Virus record (IMG/VR): IMGVR_UViG_3300031963_000006 | Coordinates: 62,001-126,000 of that record | Length of the DNA stretch: 64,000 nucleotides | Strand: one strand, 5' to 3' | In this document: piece by piece, positions 19,563 through 29,280 of the stretch | Layout: the number at the start of each line of letters is the position of its first letter | Position numbering within the stretch: the stretch's first letter is position 1 | The notes under the pieces: model-generated | Database searches by the model: none | Told to the model about the DNA's origin: nothing | Seen by the model: the letters and a program-made list of their open reading frames with translations, nothing else | Program-made: the position numbers and the translations under genes

Positions 19563-19856
19563 AGATATAATGTACCAAATATTGTTTAGTTTCAATAGAT
19601 GAACACATGACCCTTTTTCTAATAAAATTTCATCATATTCTTCATCTATTTTATTTTCGGTACATGAAACAATCACAGGAGATAATGATTTAATTGTTAT
19701 TTCATTAGTTTTTTTATTATCTAAAACAACTTTATCCACTGTATTTTTAACCAAAATAAATTCTTCATCACTCGTCCAATATACAGGCTCCTCAACAATT
19801 TTTTTAATTGTGTAAACTTTTTGCCCCACTTGTTTTCGTAAAAATTTATTATCCAT
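19539..19856 (-). CDS. Hypothetical protein (105 aa)
   Basis: The likely start is the ATG at 19856, 1 nt after the upstream stop. Its 3' end overlaps the polymerase end convergently. Confidence 0.65.
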   Translation of the reverse strand: MDNKFLRKQVGQKVYTIKKIVEEPVYWTSDEEFILVKNTVDKVVLDNKKTNEITIKSLSPVIVSCTENKIDEEYDEILLEKGSCVHLLKLNNIWYIISSDGLKLN

Positions 19857-19857
19857 A

Positions 19858-20979
19858 TTAAATAACGTATATTTGTCTCGGCATTGCTGTAAATTTCTTT
19901 TGTTTGTTAAGATTTTCGGCAATCAATGCCTCTCTTTCCATTACTTTTTCAGGTTTCAATCTTGTCAAACGACCTTCAGCTCCGATTAATTCTTCAATTA
20001 ATTTTGATTTTTCATCTTTAGCCTCAGTGGCCAATGAAGCGTAGTCCATTGTTAATTCAGAATCAGGAGTTTTAATGTTACCACTAAACTTACCTCTTAC
20101 TCTTGATAAAGTTTCTTTTGCATATGCGAAAAACCACCTACGAACCCATATTTGAGATGGATTATTTAGGTCAATCCAATTTATTTTTTCAAAAGGTACA
20201 TCAGATGGTAACTTAATAATATCAGGATTGTCCTTTAAACATTTATCTCTATCGGCACCCTCAACATCATAATACCAATACCATACTTTTCCTCTCATTA
20301 GGGTGGCGTTACCGAAATCAAATTTACCTCCAGGTGTATTCATAAGATGTAACGCCTTTTTACCTTCAGGTAATGCGGTTACTCTATATGTTAAATCTCC
20401 AGCAATGATTCTTCTTTGAATGTTGATTTCTTGCATTCTTAATAACATGTCGAATGCTGGCATCATAAAGTATGACCCTGAATAACCCATCTGAGAATAA
20501 CCCGCGGGTCCACCTAATCCAACACCACCTAAGGCTCCAAATGACCAAGGGTCAAATAGTAAATTATTTAACTCGGCCGGAGTAAACCATAAAAGTTCAT
20601 TAAGTTCTCTATTAGCGGGAATTTCATAAATTTGTTGATTTGGTTGTAGTTGGACATAATCCTTCTTTAACACAGAATCACCTCCTGTCTGTAAACCAAC
20701 TATCTTAGAATAGGCATAGGTATATCTTTCTTCATAGTCTAAACTTTTTGTAATAAAAGCCTTTGACAAAGACTGAGTATCTAAATTAAGTCCATATAAC
20801 GAGGACCATTGTGACTCTATTAACCAATCTTGTACATATTGTGAATAATCATCAATAGATAATTCTAACAAAGAGTCTAATTGTTCGTCCTCAAGTTCCA
20901 CACTTCTAAGTGGGGCACCTAACAAGTGTCTTAATCTCTTATAGAGCTCACTTCTATATGGTTCTTCAATTATGGCCAT
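19858..20979 (-). CDS. Neck/head-completion protein (T4 gp13-like)
   Basis: N-terminal LGAPLRSVELEDEQLD...IDDY resembles the gp13 LGAP..(I/V)E...Q.D pattern; structural-gene context. Confidence 0.6.
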   Translation of the reverse strand: MAIIEEPYRSELYKRLRHLLGAPLRSVELEDEQLDSLLELSIDDYSQYVQDWLIESQWSSLYGLNLDTQSLSKAFITKSLDYEERYTYAYSKIVGLQTGGDSVLKKDYVQLQPNQQIYEIPANRELNELLWFTPAELNNLLFDPWSFGALGGVGLGGPAGYSQMGYSGSYFMMPAFDMLLRMQEINIQRRIIAGDLTYRVTALPEGKKALHLMNTPGGKFDFGNATLMRGKVWYWYYDVEGADRDKCLKDNPDIIKLPSDVPFEKINWIDLNNPSQIWVRRWFFAYAKETLSRVRGKFSGNIKTPDSELTMDYASLATEAKDEKSKLIEELIGAEGRLTRLKPEKVMEREALIAENLNKQKKFTAMPRQIYVI

Positions 20980-21016
20980 TGATTTGTTTATTATATAAAT
21001 ATTTACTTAAATAGAA

Positions 21017-21796
21017 TTATTTTTGACCAAAGTTTACAGGTCCTTTTATACTCTCTAAAATTTGGGTTTTTGTGGTCTTTACTGACTCATTAGTTTCCTT
21101 ATCAGTTTTCAACTTGTAAAGTTCATTTACAAATTGCCAATTTACTACATCCCAAAAATTTTTAATATACTCGTCTCTTTTACTTTGGTATTTTAGATAA
21201 TACGCATGTTCCCAAAGGTCCAAACCTAGCAAAGGATATCCACCATCAATAACATTCATAAGTGGATTATCTTGATTGGCGGTTGACATAATCTTTAATT
21301 TATTATTCTTGGTTAAGATTAACCAAACCCATCCCGAACCAAATCTATCTTTAGCAGTTTCCTCAAATTCTTGTTTGAACTCATTAACACTACCAAAATG
21401 TTTTTTAATTTTTTCTATAACTTCACCTTCGGCCTTTTGTTTTTTTGGTGACAACATTTTCCAAAACATTGCATGATTAAAAGCCCCACCGGCGTTATTT
21501 CTAATTTTGTTATTATATCTACTTATTGATTTTACAATTTCCTCGAGTTCAACATCACCATAATCTTTTTTTGACAAAGCGTCGTTTAATTTTTTGACAT
21601 ATGTTTTGTAGTGATTGTTATAATGAACATCCATTGTTTTAGAATCAATGAAATTTTTTAAAGAAGAATATGAATATGGTAATTTATCGATACCAATTCG
21701 TTTCATTTCAGTTATAAGAAAGTTTTGATTATCTTTCTTTTCTTGTAAAATAATTTCTTCCTTAAGTAATTCGGCTTTAGACTCTAAGTTTTTCAT
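21017..21796 (-). CDS. sod: Fe/Mn superoxide dismutase with N- and C-terminal extensions
   Basis: LPYSYSSL, HYNNHYKTYV, GGAFNHAMFW, FGSGWVWL, ANQDNP and DLWEHAYYL: all four metal ligands are present. GG..NH plus NQD suggests a Mn or cambialistic type. Confidence 0.93.
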   Translation of the reverse strand: MKNLESKAELLKEEIILQEKKDNQNFLITEMKRIGIDKLPYSYSSLKNFIDSKTMDVHYNNHYKTYVKKLNDALSKKDYGDVELEEIVKSISRYNNKIRNNAGGAFNHAMFWKMLSPKKQKAEGEVIEKIKKHFGSVNEFKQEFEETAKDRFGSGWVWLILTKNNKLKIMSTANQDNPLMNVIDGGYPLLGLDLWEHAYYLKYQSKRDEYIKNFWDVVNWQFVNELYKLKTDKETNESVKTTKTQILESIKGPVNFGQK

Positions 21797-21833
21797 CAAG
21801 ATATTTTATAGATATAAATATCTCATTTTAGAC

Positions 21834-23597
21834 TTATAAACGAGAGTTTATTCTATTCATCAATTCTTCTATAAAATCAGCCTTATCCAAATTATCCCCC
21901 ATAACAGTATCGATTATATTTTTCTTTTTGGATAACATGTCATAAATAACCCCTTCAATCGTGTTGTCAAAAATTGGATAATAAACGGATACTGAATTTT
22001 TTTGACCGTATCTATAAGCTCTATCTTCGGCTTGTTGATGATGAGCGGGAACGAAAGATAGGTCGTTGAATATAACCGCCTCGGCAGCGGTCAAGGTTAA
22101 ACCAACTCCTGCAGCCAACAAATTACCCACGAATACTTTAATCTTATCGTTCTCTTGAAATTGGTCAACGGCATGTTGTCTCATTGGTTTACTTGTTGAC
22201 CCATCTAAACGAACCGCTTGTTTACCAAAATGGTCGGCAATTTTATTTAATGTGTCAGTAAAGTTGGTAAAGACTATAACTTTTTTATCTTGGTCAATAA
22301 TATTTTGAATTAATTCTATGGTATCTGAGACTTTTTCATCGGCAATTGTTTGTCTTACTTTCATTAACTTGTTAAATTGAACAGTTAATGATGATGATTC
22401 GTCTTTTCTATTTTCATACCAATTGTAATAATCACCCATCAACTCCTCATAAACTTTTGACTTTAATCTGAGATATACAGGAGAAATAATTTTATCGGGT
22501 AAATCTAAAACTTCAGTTTTTAATCTCCTGAGAACCTGTCGAGAAGTCCTATCTCTTAATTCCTCCAAATTTGAAGCCCCTGTAACATTCCAAACTTTTC
22601 TATTTCCGGCCTTAAATTGATATCCTTGACAATATCTTATGGCGTAGGCCATCCAATTTTGAGCAACGGGACTATCAATTAAACTTAATAGGTTAAAATA
22701 ATTCATCGGACGAGATGTCATTGGAGTTCCCGTTAACAACCACAGTCTTTTTACATTTTTGGCAAAACTATTAATCAATTTGGTTCTTTGAGCTTGAACA
22801 TTTTGAACATAGTGAGCCTCATCTATTATAATTAAATCAAAATTTCCTTGGGTTATAGGTGAATTTTGTTTGTCTTTTAAATCATAAAAATTCTTTATGA
22901 TATCATAGTTAACAATCACAAAATCATGTTCTAATGAGAAGTTTTTTCCCTCCGCAATATAAACACTCCTATCAGTGTAGTTTTGAATCTCTCTCATCCA
23001 ATTAATTTTGAGAGATGCGGGACATATTATTAATACTTTTTGAATACCCGTCTCTAACGCGGCAATAATTGTTGCGGTGGTTTTACCCAATCCCATGTCG
23101 TCAGCCAAAATAAACCTTGTACTACCAACCAATTTTTCAATAGCAATTTTCTGATGTTCTAAAGCGGGTCTATGTTTATACTTTTCATAGTCAACTGTAA
23201 CATCTTTAATAACGTGCGTTTTAATTATGGCACCTTTGGGTAACCAAAAATCGTGAAGAGTTTCCCCCGAAAAAACTTTACCCCATACATGATATGATTT
23301 TTCTTTTTCAACTAATAGTTTCTCAATCCACAATTCAGTAGGTATTTCAGAATAAAGTTTTTCATCGGCAATTTTCTTAGCAAAATATGGGTCCAAATCA
23401 ACCCATTTTTTAGCCACTTTCGGAACAACGTCATGATAAGTTGTAATATATTCAGATTGGGCTCTTGTAGGGTAAAACTTTTTGTTTGATTCTTTTTGAG
23501 TTTTTAATCTTAAAATATAATTGTTAGCACCCGAATACGACTCTAAAATATTCAGAGCTCTATTTTCAATCATATTTTCTATTTGTCCTGTTTCCAA
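21834..23597 (-). CDS. SNF2/SWI2-family helicase-like ATPase (HARP/SMARCAL1-like)
   Basis: LADDMGLGKT, DEAH, LTGTP, AAGVGLTL and QAEDRAYRYGQ. The start is uncertain (TTG 23597 or ATG 23573); the track's 23654 start would overlap the divergent gene. Confidence 0.88.
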   Translation of the reverse strand: METGQIENMIENRALNILESYSGANNYILRLKTQKESNKKFYPTRAQSEYITTYHDVVPKVAKKWVDLDPYFAKKIADEKLYSEIPTELWIEKLLVEKEKSYHVWGKVFSGETLHDFWLPKGAIIKTHVIKDVTVDYEKYKHRPALEHQKIAIEKLVGSTRFILADDMGLGKTTATIIAALETGIQKVLIICPASLKINWMREIQNYTDRSVYIAEGKNFSLEHDFVIVNYDIIKNFYDLKDKQNSPITQGNFDLIIIDEAHYVQNVQAQRTKLINSFAKNVKRLWLLTGTPMTSRPMNYFNLLSLIDSPVAQNWMAYAIRYCQGYQFKAGNRKVWNVTGASNLEELRDRTSRQVLRRLKTEVLDLPDKIISPVYLRLKSKVYEELMGDYYNWYENRKDESSSLTVQFNKLMKVRQTIADEKVSDTIELIQNIIDQDKKVIVFTNFTDTLNKIADHFGKQAVRLDGSTSKPMRQHAVDQFQENDKIKVFVGNLLAAGVGLTLTAAEAVIFNDLSFVPAHHQQAEDRAYRYGQKNSVSVYYPIFDNTIEGVIYDMLSKKKNIIDTVMGDNLDKADFIEELMNRINSRL

Positions 23598-23645
23598 AAC
23601 AATCTTTAATGTTATAAAAATAGTAAAAATTAGATATTTATCAAT

Positions 23646-24161
23646 ATGGGACAACCAAGAGTACCGATTTCAAGAATAGGTAAATTTTTCGGAGCGGAGG
23701 ATTATGACCTTGATATATCAATGGGAGAGGAATGGTTACATGGTGATATGAATTTCACATTGGTTTTGTATAGTGTTGATAGATATAAGACTAAAACCGA
23801 TGATGTTTATGGAGAAACTCTAACTGACGGTATAAAGTTTAATCCACCAGTTGAATTTAAGGCATTTGTTCAAATAATGGCTCCTGAGAATAAAAATTTG
23901 GGAACTTCTAAAATAGAACAAACGGAACCTGGTAATATTAAAATTTCAGTATATCAAAAACATTTGGAGGAACTTGGGATTGATATAAACTTTGGTGATT
24001 ACATTGGATATTATGAAACTGAATCACGAGTTAGATACTATACGGTTAATAATGATGGTCGTGTTGTTTCAGATAACAAACACACATACGCTGGATATTT
24101 ACCTTTTTATAGAACAATAACCGCATCACCTGTGACGGATAACGAATTTAGAGGATTATGA
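23646..24161 (+). CDS. Putative head-closure/neck protein (gp14-like)
   Basis: Size, DDVYGE.....F..PVE pattern and position upstream of the tail terminator and sheath. Confidence 0.45.
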   Translation: MGQPRVPISRIGKFFGAEDYDLDISMGEEWLHGDMNFTLVLYSVDRYKTKTDDVYGETLTDGIKFNPPVEFKAFVQIMAPENKNLGTSKIEQTEPGNIKISVYQKHLEELGIDINFGDYIGYYETESRVRYYTVNNDGRVVSDNKHTYAGYLPFYRTITASPVTDNEFRGL

Positions 24162-24316
24162 AAATAAAAATAACTGAATTACAATTACAAAAATTAACCG
24201 AAATGGTTGATTCAGAAAAAGTGGTTTGTGATGAGTGTGGGTGGTCGTGGAAATTATCAGAAGGAGGAGACGACCTTTATATCTGTCATAAATGTGGACA
24301 TAACAATGAAGAATAA
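24158..24316 (+). CDS. Zinc-ribbon microprotein (52 aa), not in the ORF track
   Basis: MKIKITELQLQKLTEMVDSEKVVCDECGWSWKLSEGGDDLYICHKCGHNNEE*. ATGA overlap upstream and TAATG overlap downstream. Confidence 0.75.
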   Translation: MKIKITELQLQKLTEMVDSEKVVCDECGWSWKLSEGGDDLYICHKCGHNNEE

Positions 24317-25353
24317 TGCCATTACCTAAAAAAATTAAAAAACATATTCCTTTAACTCAACCTAAGACTTTATTAAGTAGGAGATATGAACTTGCTGAAA
24401 AAATTCAACAAGACGGGACATTTTTACCGAAGTCATTATTACATGCGGATTTGGATAAAGGATTTTTAGATTTTGTTAAAGATGAGTTAAAAACAATTGT
24501 TGATGGTAAAGTGGTCCCAATGGTTGACATTCTTATAACCACTCAAAATTGGGCTCAATTTACAGAAACTTGGAATTTCCAAAATTTAGATAAAAACGCG
24601 GAACCTCCATTCATTACAGTAGTCAGGGCACCTGAAGTTAAATTTGGAACGAATCCTGCGGTAATGTACAATATACCAAATAGAAAACAATATTTTTATG
24701 CTCAAGTTCCGACTTGGGACGGGAATAGACAAGGGTTCGATGTATATAAAATACCACAACCTGTTCCTGTAGATATAACTTATTCTGTGAAAATTATTTG
24801 TAATAGAATGAGAGAATTAAACTCATTCAATAAAAATGTCATAGAAAAATTTGCATCAAGACAGGCTTATCAGGTTATTAAAGGTCATTATATTCCAATT
24901 ATAATGGGTGAAATTTCTGATGAATCAGTTATGGAACTCGAGAAAAGAAAGTTTTATATACAAAATTATTCATTTACAATGTTAGGTTTTTTAATTGATG
25001 AGAATGAATTTGAGGTGTCACCCGCAATTTCAAGAGTTTTACAATTAACTGAAACTGAAAGAAAAGATGTTAGAAGGCAAAAGAAAAGAAATTCAAATCC
25101 TGATAGCACAACTATGAACATAGATTTTCCTGTGGATGTCGACATTTATACCAAAAAATTTGATTATTCAGTTAATGTCAATATTAGTAATCCTGTCAAT
25201 ATATCGTCATATTCGGTTTATATTAATGACAATTATTTTGGTGATGATGTTTTACAAATACAGATTAATAATGGGGACGTTTTAAAAATATCGGTAGTTA
25301 AATCAGATTACTATAGTCAAACATCTATGGTATTCAACAATCTTTTGGTTTAA
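24316..25353 (+). CDS. Putative tail terminator/sheath-stabilising protein (gp15-like)
   Basis: PVPVDITYSVKIIC pattern and position directly before the sheath gene. Confidence 0.45.
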   Translation: MPLPKKIKKHIPLTQPKTLLSRRYELAEKIQQDGTFLPKSLLHADLDKGFLDFVKDELKTIVDGKVVPMVDILITTQNWAQFTETWNFQNLDKNAEPPFITVVRAPEVKFGTNPAVMYNIPNRKQYFYAQVPTWDGNRQGFDVYKIPQPVPVDITYSVKIICNRMRELNSFNKNVIEKFASRQAYQVIKGHYIPIIMGEISDESVMELEKRKFYIQNYSFTMLGFLIDENEFEVSPAISRVLQLTETERKDVRRQKKRNSNPDSTTMNIDFPVDVDIYTKKFDYSVNVNISNPVNISSYSVYINDNYFGDDVLQIQINNGDVLKISVVKSDYYSQTSMVFNNLLV

Positions 25354-25514
25354 TCCTCACCGTAAATATCTTTTTTTTCTTTACAGGTTTCAATAATAAG
25401 TTTCTCTAAAAACCTATAAATCTTAACTCCTTTCTTGTCACAATAATCTTTTAATAGTTTGTGAACATCTTTTGAAATCTTTAAATTCTTTATTTCTCGA
25501 CCGTTCTGCAACAT
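25350..25514 (-). CDS. Ribbon-helix-helix transcription factor-like protein (54 aa), not in the ORF track
   Basis: MLQNGREIKNLKISKDVHKLLKDYCDKKGVKIYRFLEKLIIETCKEKKDIYGED*: KNLKIS strand, helix, G turn, helix. Confidence 0.7.
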   Translation of the reverse strand: MLQNGREIKNLKISKDVHKLLKDYCDKKGVKIYRFLEKLIIETCKEKKDIYGED

Positions 25515-25525
25515 AAGATAAAAAA

Positions 25526-25543
25526 GGCAGAAAATAGTCTGCC
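25526..25543. promoter_or_regulatory. Inverted repeat GGCAGA-N6-TCTGCC; candidate operator
   Basis: A GC-rich palindrome 12 nt upstream of the RHH start, in the divergent RHH/sheath intergenic region. Confidence 0.4.
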
Positions 25544-25635
25544 CAATTTATAAATACTTATCATAAAGTCAAGAATTTTGGTTTTTTCTCAAATATTTAT
25601 CTATAAAAATAAATTAACTAACAAAAAAATTAATA

Positions 25636-28600
25636 ATGGCTTCTAACAGTAAAGTATTCGTATCTCCCGGGGTTTATACCTCTGAGGTCGATTTGAGTTT
25701 TGTATCACAAAGTGTTGGTGTTACAACTCTAGGTATTGTTGGTGAAACTTTAAAGGGTCCGGCTTTTGAGCCAATCTTTATTACCAACTTTGATGAATTC
25801 ACCACCTATTTTGGTGGGACTACACCAGAAAAGTTTATAAACACACAAATCCCAAAATATGAGGCGGCTTATATAGCTAAGGCTTATTTACAACAATCTA
25901 ATCAATTGTTTGTTACAAGAATTTTAGGTCTATCAGGATATGATGCAGGACCATCTTGGTCTATAAGAGTTAAAGCCAACGTTGATACAACTACAGTTGG
26001 GTTTAATTGTTTGTCATTTGCGGGTCCTGATATTTCTACAGGATGTGCTGTTGAATGTACTCAGTTTGAAGAATATCCATTCCAAATAGACTTTTCAGGA
26101 TGTAATACAGGTATAGATTCGATTGTTTATTTAGATGAAACTCAGATTCCTGATATAATTTTAAATAAATTAAATTTACCTTATGAGCAATTTGATGGTG
26201 GAATTTCGTCATTGGATGAAAATATTAAAACACAAATAAACAACGCAATCGAGGATAATAGTTTACAATCAACTCAAATAAATTATTACGGTGTTGTTCC
26301 GACAACAATATACAATGATTTTATAAGTTTTGGTTACACTGGAATATCAAATGTATTTGAAGTTGATAATATTAGTTTTGATAATGCTGATTTTTCAGAC
26401 CCTAACAATGACCCTTGGTATTATGCAATGTTTGATAACGTAGGTAATGCGGTATACACAGGTTCATCTTTCTATTCTTATTTAAGTATAACCCCAACAA
26501 CAACCTCAACTAATTGTGCGACTTTCTATAATTATAGTGTTTTAGGTGTAGAAGGTAGTATAAATTATGATACAAATACAATTGATGTCGTTTTACCATA
26601 CGCTTCTTTCTCAGGAACTGATTTAACATCAATCGTAAGTGATTTTAGCGCTTGTTGTAGCGGAGTTACTGTAAATACAATACTACAAGAAAGTGGTATA
26701 ACTACAAATGACTTTAGTTTCGGTAGTTTAACATACGAATTAGTATCGAATGACTCAACAGTTACAACATATTGGACAGTTTCTGTAACTATACAAAATC
26801 CATGTAATCCTATAGTTTCAGGAAACACTGGTTCTGGTAATGTAGGTGAAGTACTGGAATGTTTTAGTGGAAGTGTTTTCGGTGTGATTTATGTTTATTC
26901 AGGAATGGCTTATACTAATTATGATGATTTAGTAATTGCAACACTCCGTTCAAGAGGTTTGGCCACTTATTCATCAGATAATGGAGCGGTATATGAAGTA
27001 CCTAGTTTAACAGGTGTTACTTTAAATTGTACAGGTTCTTACTCAGGAATAACTAAAAACCCATACCTAACATTTGGAGTTAATGTAACAAGTAAAGATG
27101 GGGACGTGTATTTCTTTGAAACATCATTTACTAATTCAGATACCGAATATATAACTAAAGTTTTTGGAACAACTAACTTCTCAAAACCTAGAACTGTGGT
27201 TCCACTTTTTGTAGAAGAGAAATTCCAATTACTTTTAAACTATGGTTATAGAAAAGGTTATATAAGAGGTTTGGATTGTGAGTTAATTGCTTTACCCGAC
27301 GCAAGACAAGGATTTGACCCAACTTCAATTGGGTGGTATTTAGAACAATATCAATCCCCAACATCTCCTTGGGTTGTTTCTGAATTAAGAGGTAATAAAG
27401 TTTATAACTTATTTAAGTTTACAACTATTGCTGACGGTAACGACGCAAATACCGAAGTTAAAATTTCTATAGCAAATATTTCATTTGGTAATGGAACATT
27501 TGATGTTTTAGTTAGAGATTTTTATGATTCAGACGCCAACCCTGTTGTAATTGAGAAATTCACTAACTGTACTATGAATCCAAATGAAAACAGTTTCATA
27601 GCTAAAAAAATTGGTACTAAAGACGGTGAATATCAATTAAACTCAAAATATGTTATGATTGAGATAAATGAGGACGCTCCAGTTGATGCGTTACCTTGTG
27701 GATTCTTAGGTTACAATATGAGAGAGTATGCCGGTGCTAGACCTCCGTTCCCAATTTATAAAACAAAATATGATTTCCCTGGAGAAGTAGTTTATGACCC
27801 ACCATTTGGTTTGGCCACAGGTGGTAATGATGCGATTACATCTCCTGGTGACAATGTTCGTAGAACTTATTTAGGTGTATCAGATACTATAGGTATCGAT
27901 GTTGATTTTTACCAATATAAAGGTAAACAAACACCATTAAATATTTGTACTGATACTACAGGTGATGATTGGGCATATAGAACAAGAGGTTTCCACATGG
28001 ATATAAACGCAAGTGCTATAACTATTGGAAACGGATATACAACCTCAGGTGCACCAGCATTCTATGTTGGGTCTGCATCATTCACTAGTGACCCTGATAA
28101 TGAAACAAATCCATACTACAGAATATACGCTCGTAAATTCTCATTGTTGTGCCAGGGTGGTTTTGATGGATGGGATATATACAGAGAATACAGAACTAAT
28201 TCTGACAGATTTGTGTTAGGAAAGAGTGGATATTTAAGAGGGGCTTGTCCCGATACAAGATATCCAAACGCAACAGGATGGGGAGCATTCAAACAGATAT
28301 CAGTTGGTGATAATACTATGGACTATGGTAACACAGACTATTACGCTTATTTGTTAGGACAAAGAACATTCTCAAATCCTGAAGCTGTTAATATAAATGT
28401 GTTTGTTACACCTGGTATTGACTATGTTAATAATTCTAATTTGGTTGAGGCGGCTGTAGAAATGGTAGAATTTGATAGAGCAGATTCGTTGTACATTACA
28501 ACTACTCCTGACTATAACATGTTCTCACCAACTGCAGGTGAACCAACTGAATTAATTTACCCACAGGAAGCGGTAGACAATTTGGAAACCGCTGGTTTGG

Positions 28601-29223
28601 ATTCTAACTACACATGTACTTATTATCCTTGGGTATTAACTAGAGACACAGTTAATAACACTCAAATTTACATTCCTGCAACCGCCGAGGTTACTAAAAA
28701 CTTAGCGTTGACTGATAACATTGCGTTCCCATGGTTCGCAGCTGCTGGTTACACTCGTGGTATAGTAAATGCGATTAAGGCTCGTAAGAAGCTAACTCAA
28801 GAAGACAGAGATACTCTTTATCAAGGTAGAATTAACCCAATTGCAACCTTTTCTGATGTAGGAACTGTAATTTGGGGTAATAAAACTCTACAGATTAGAC
28901 AGTCGGCTCTTGACAGAATTAATGTTAGACGATTACTATTACAAGCTCGTAAGTTGATTTCGGCAGTTTCTGTTAGATTGTTGTTTGAACAAAATGACCA
29001 AAAAGTCAGACAAGATTTCTTGGATGCGGTTAACCCAATCTTAGATGCTATCAGAAGAGACAGAGGATTATACGATTTCCGTGTAACAGTTTCTTCAGAT
29101 ACTGCTGACTTAGATAGAAACCAAATGACAGGTAAGATTTATATTAAACCAACTAGGTCACTTGAATTTATCGATATTACATTCTATATAACCCCAACAG
29201 GTGCGTCGTTTGAAAATATCTAA
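25636..29223 (+). CDS. Contractile tail sheath protein (gp18-like) with large insertions
   Basis: N-terminal FVSPGVYTSEVD; C-terminal WFAAAGYTRG, RINPIATF..GTVIWGNKTL and DRINVRRLL. Confidence 0.93.
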   Translation: MASNSKVFVSPGVYTSEVDLSFVSQSVGVTTLGIVGETLKGPAFEPIFITNFDEFTTYFGGTTPEKFINTQIPKYEAAYIAKAYLQQSNQLFVTRILGLSGYDAGPSWSIRVKANVDTTTVGFNCLSFAGPDISTGCAVECTQFEEYPFQIDFSGCNTGIDSIVYLDETQIPDIILNKLNLPYEQFDGGISSLDENIKTQINNAIEDNSLQSTQINYYGVVPTTIYNDFISFGYTGISNVFEVDNISFDNADFSDPNNDPWYYAMFDNVGNAVYTGSSFYSYLSITPTTTSTNCATFYNYSVLGVEGSINYDTNTIDVVLPYASFSGTDLTSIVSDFSACCSGVTVNTILQESGITTNDFSFGSLTYELVSNDSTVTTYWTVSVTIQNPCNPIVSGNTGSGNVGEVLECFSGSVFGVIYVYSGMAYTNYDDLVIATLRSRGLATYSSDNGAVYEVPSLTGVTLNCTGSYSGITKNPYLTFGVNVTSKDGDVYFFETSFTNSDTEYITKVFGTTNFSKPRTVVPLFVEEKFQLLLNYGYRKGYIRGLDCELIALPDARQGFDPTSIGWYLEQYQSPTSPWVVSELRGNKVYNLFKFTTIADGNDANTEVKISIANISFGNGTFDVLVRDFYDSDANPVVIEKFTNCTMNPNENSFIAKKIGTKDGEYQLNSKYVMIEINEDAPVDALPCGFLGYNMREYAGARPPFPIYKTKYDFPGEVVYDPPFGLATGGNDAITSPGDNVRRTYLGVSDTIGIDVDFYQYKGKQTPLNICTDTTGDDWAYRTRGFHMDINASAITIGNGYTTSGAPAFYVGSASFTSDPDNETNPYYRIYARKFSLLCQGGFDGWDIYREYRTNSDRFVLGKSGYLRGACPDTRYPNATGWGAFKQISVGDNTMDYGNTDYYAYLLGQRTFSNPEAVNINVFVTPGIDYVNNSNLVEAAVEMVEFDRADSLYITTTPDYNMFSPTAGEPTELIYPQEAVDNLETAGLDSNYTCTYYPWVLTRDTVNNTQIYIPATAEVTKNLALTDNIAFPWFAAAGYTRGIVNAIKARKKLTQEDRDTLYQGRINPIATFSDVGTVIWGNKTLQIRQSALDRINVRRLLLQARKLISAVSVRLLFEQNDQKVRQDFLDAVNPILDAIRRDRGLYDFRVTVSSDTADLDRNQMTGKIYIKPTRSLEFIDITFYITPTGASFENI

Positions 29224-29233
29224 TCAATAATAT

Positions 29234-29270
29234 AAGACAGGTCGGCAAAAGTCGGCCTGTCTTTATATTT
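29234..29270 (+). terminator. Rho-independent terminator after the sheath gene
   Basis: AAGACAGGTCGGC-AAAA-GTCGGCCTGTCTT (13-bp stem with two G-U pairs) followed by a T-rich tail. Confidence 0.7.
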
Positions 29271-29280
29271 ATTTAATAGT

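Noticed and set aside
23598-23654. 5' extension of the helicase ORF to 23654 (and similar extensions at 5340 and 19922)
   Set aside because: These would overlap neighbouring genes or regulatory motifs; downstream starts fit the operon spacing better.
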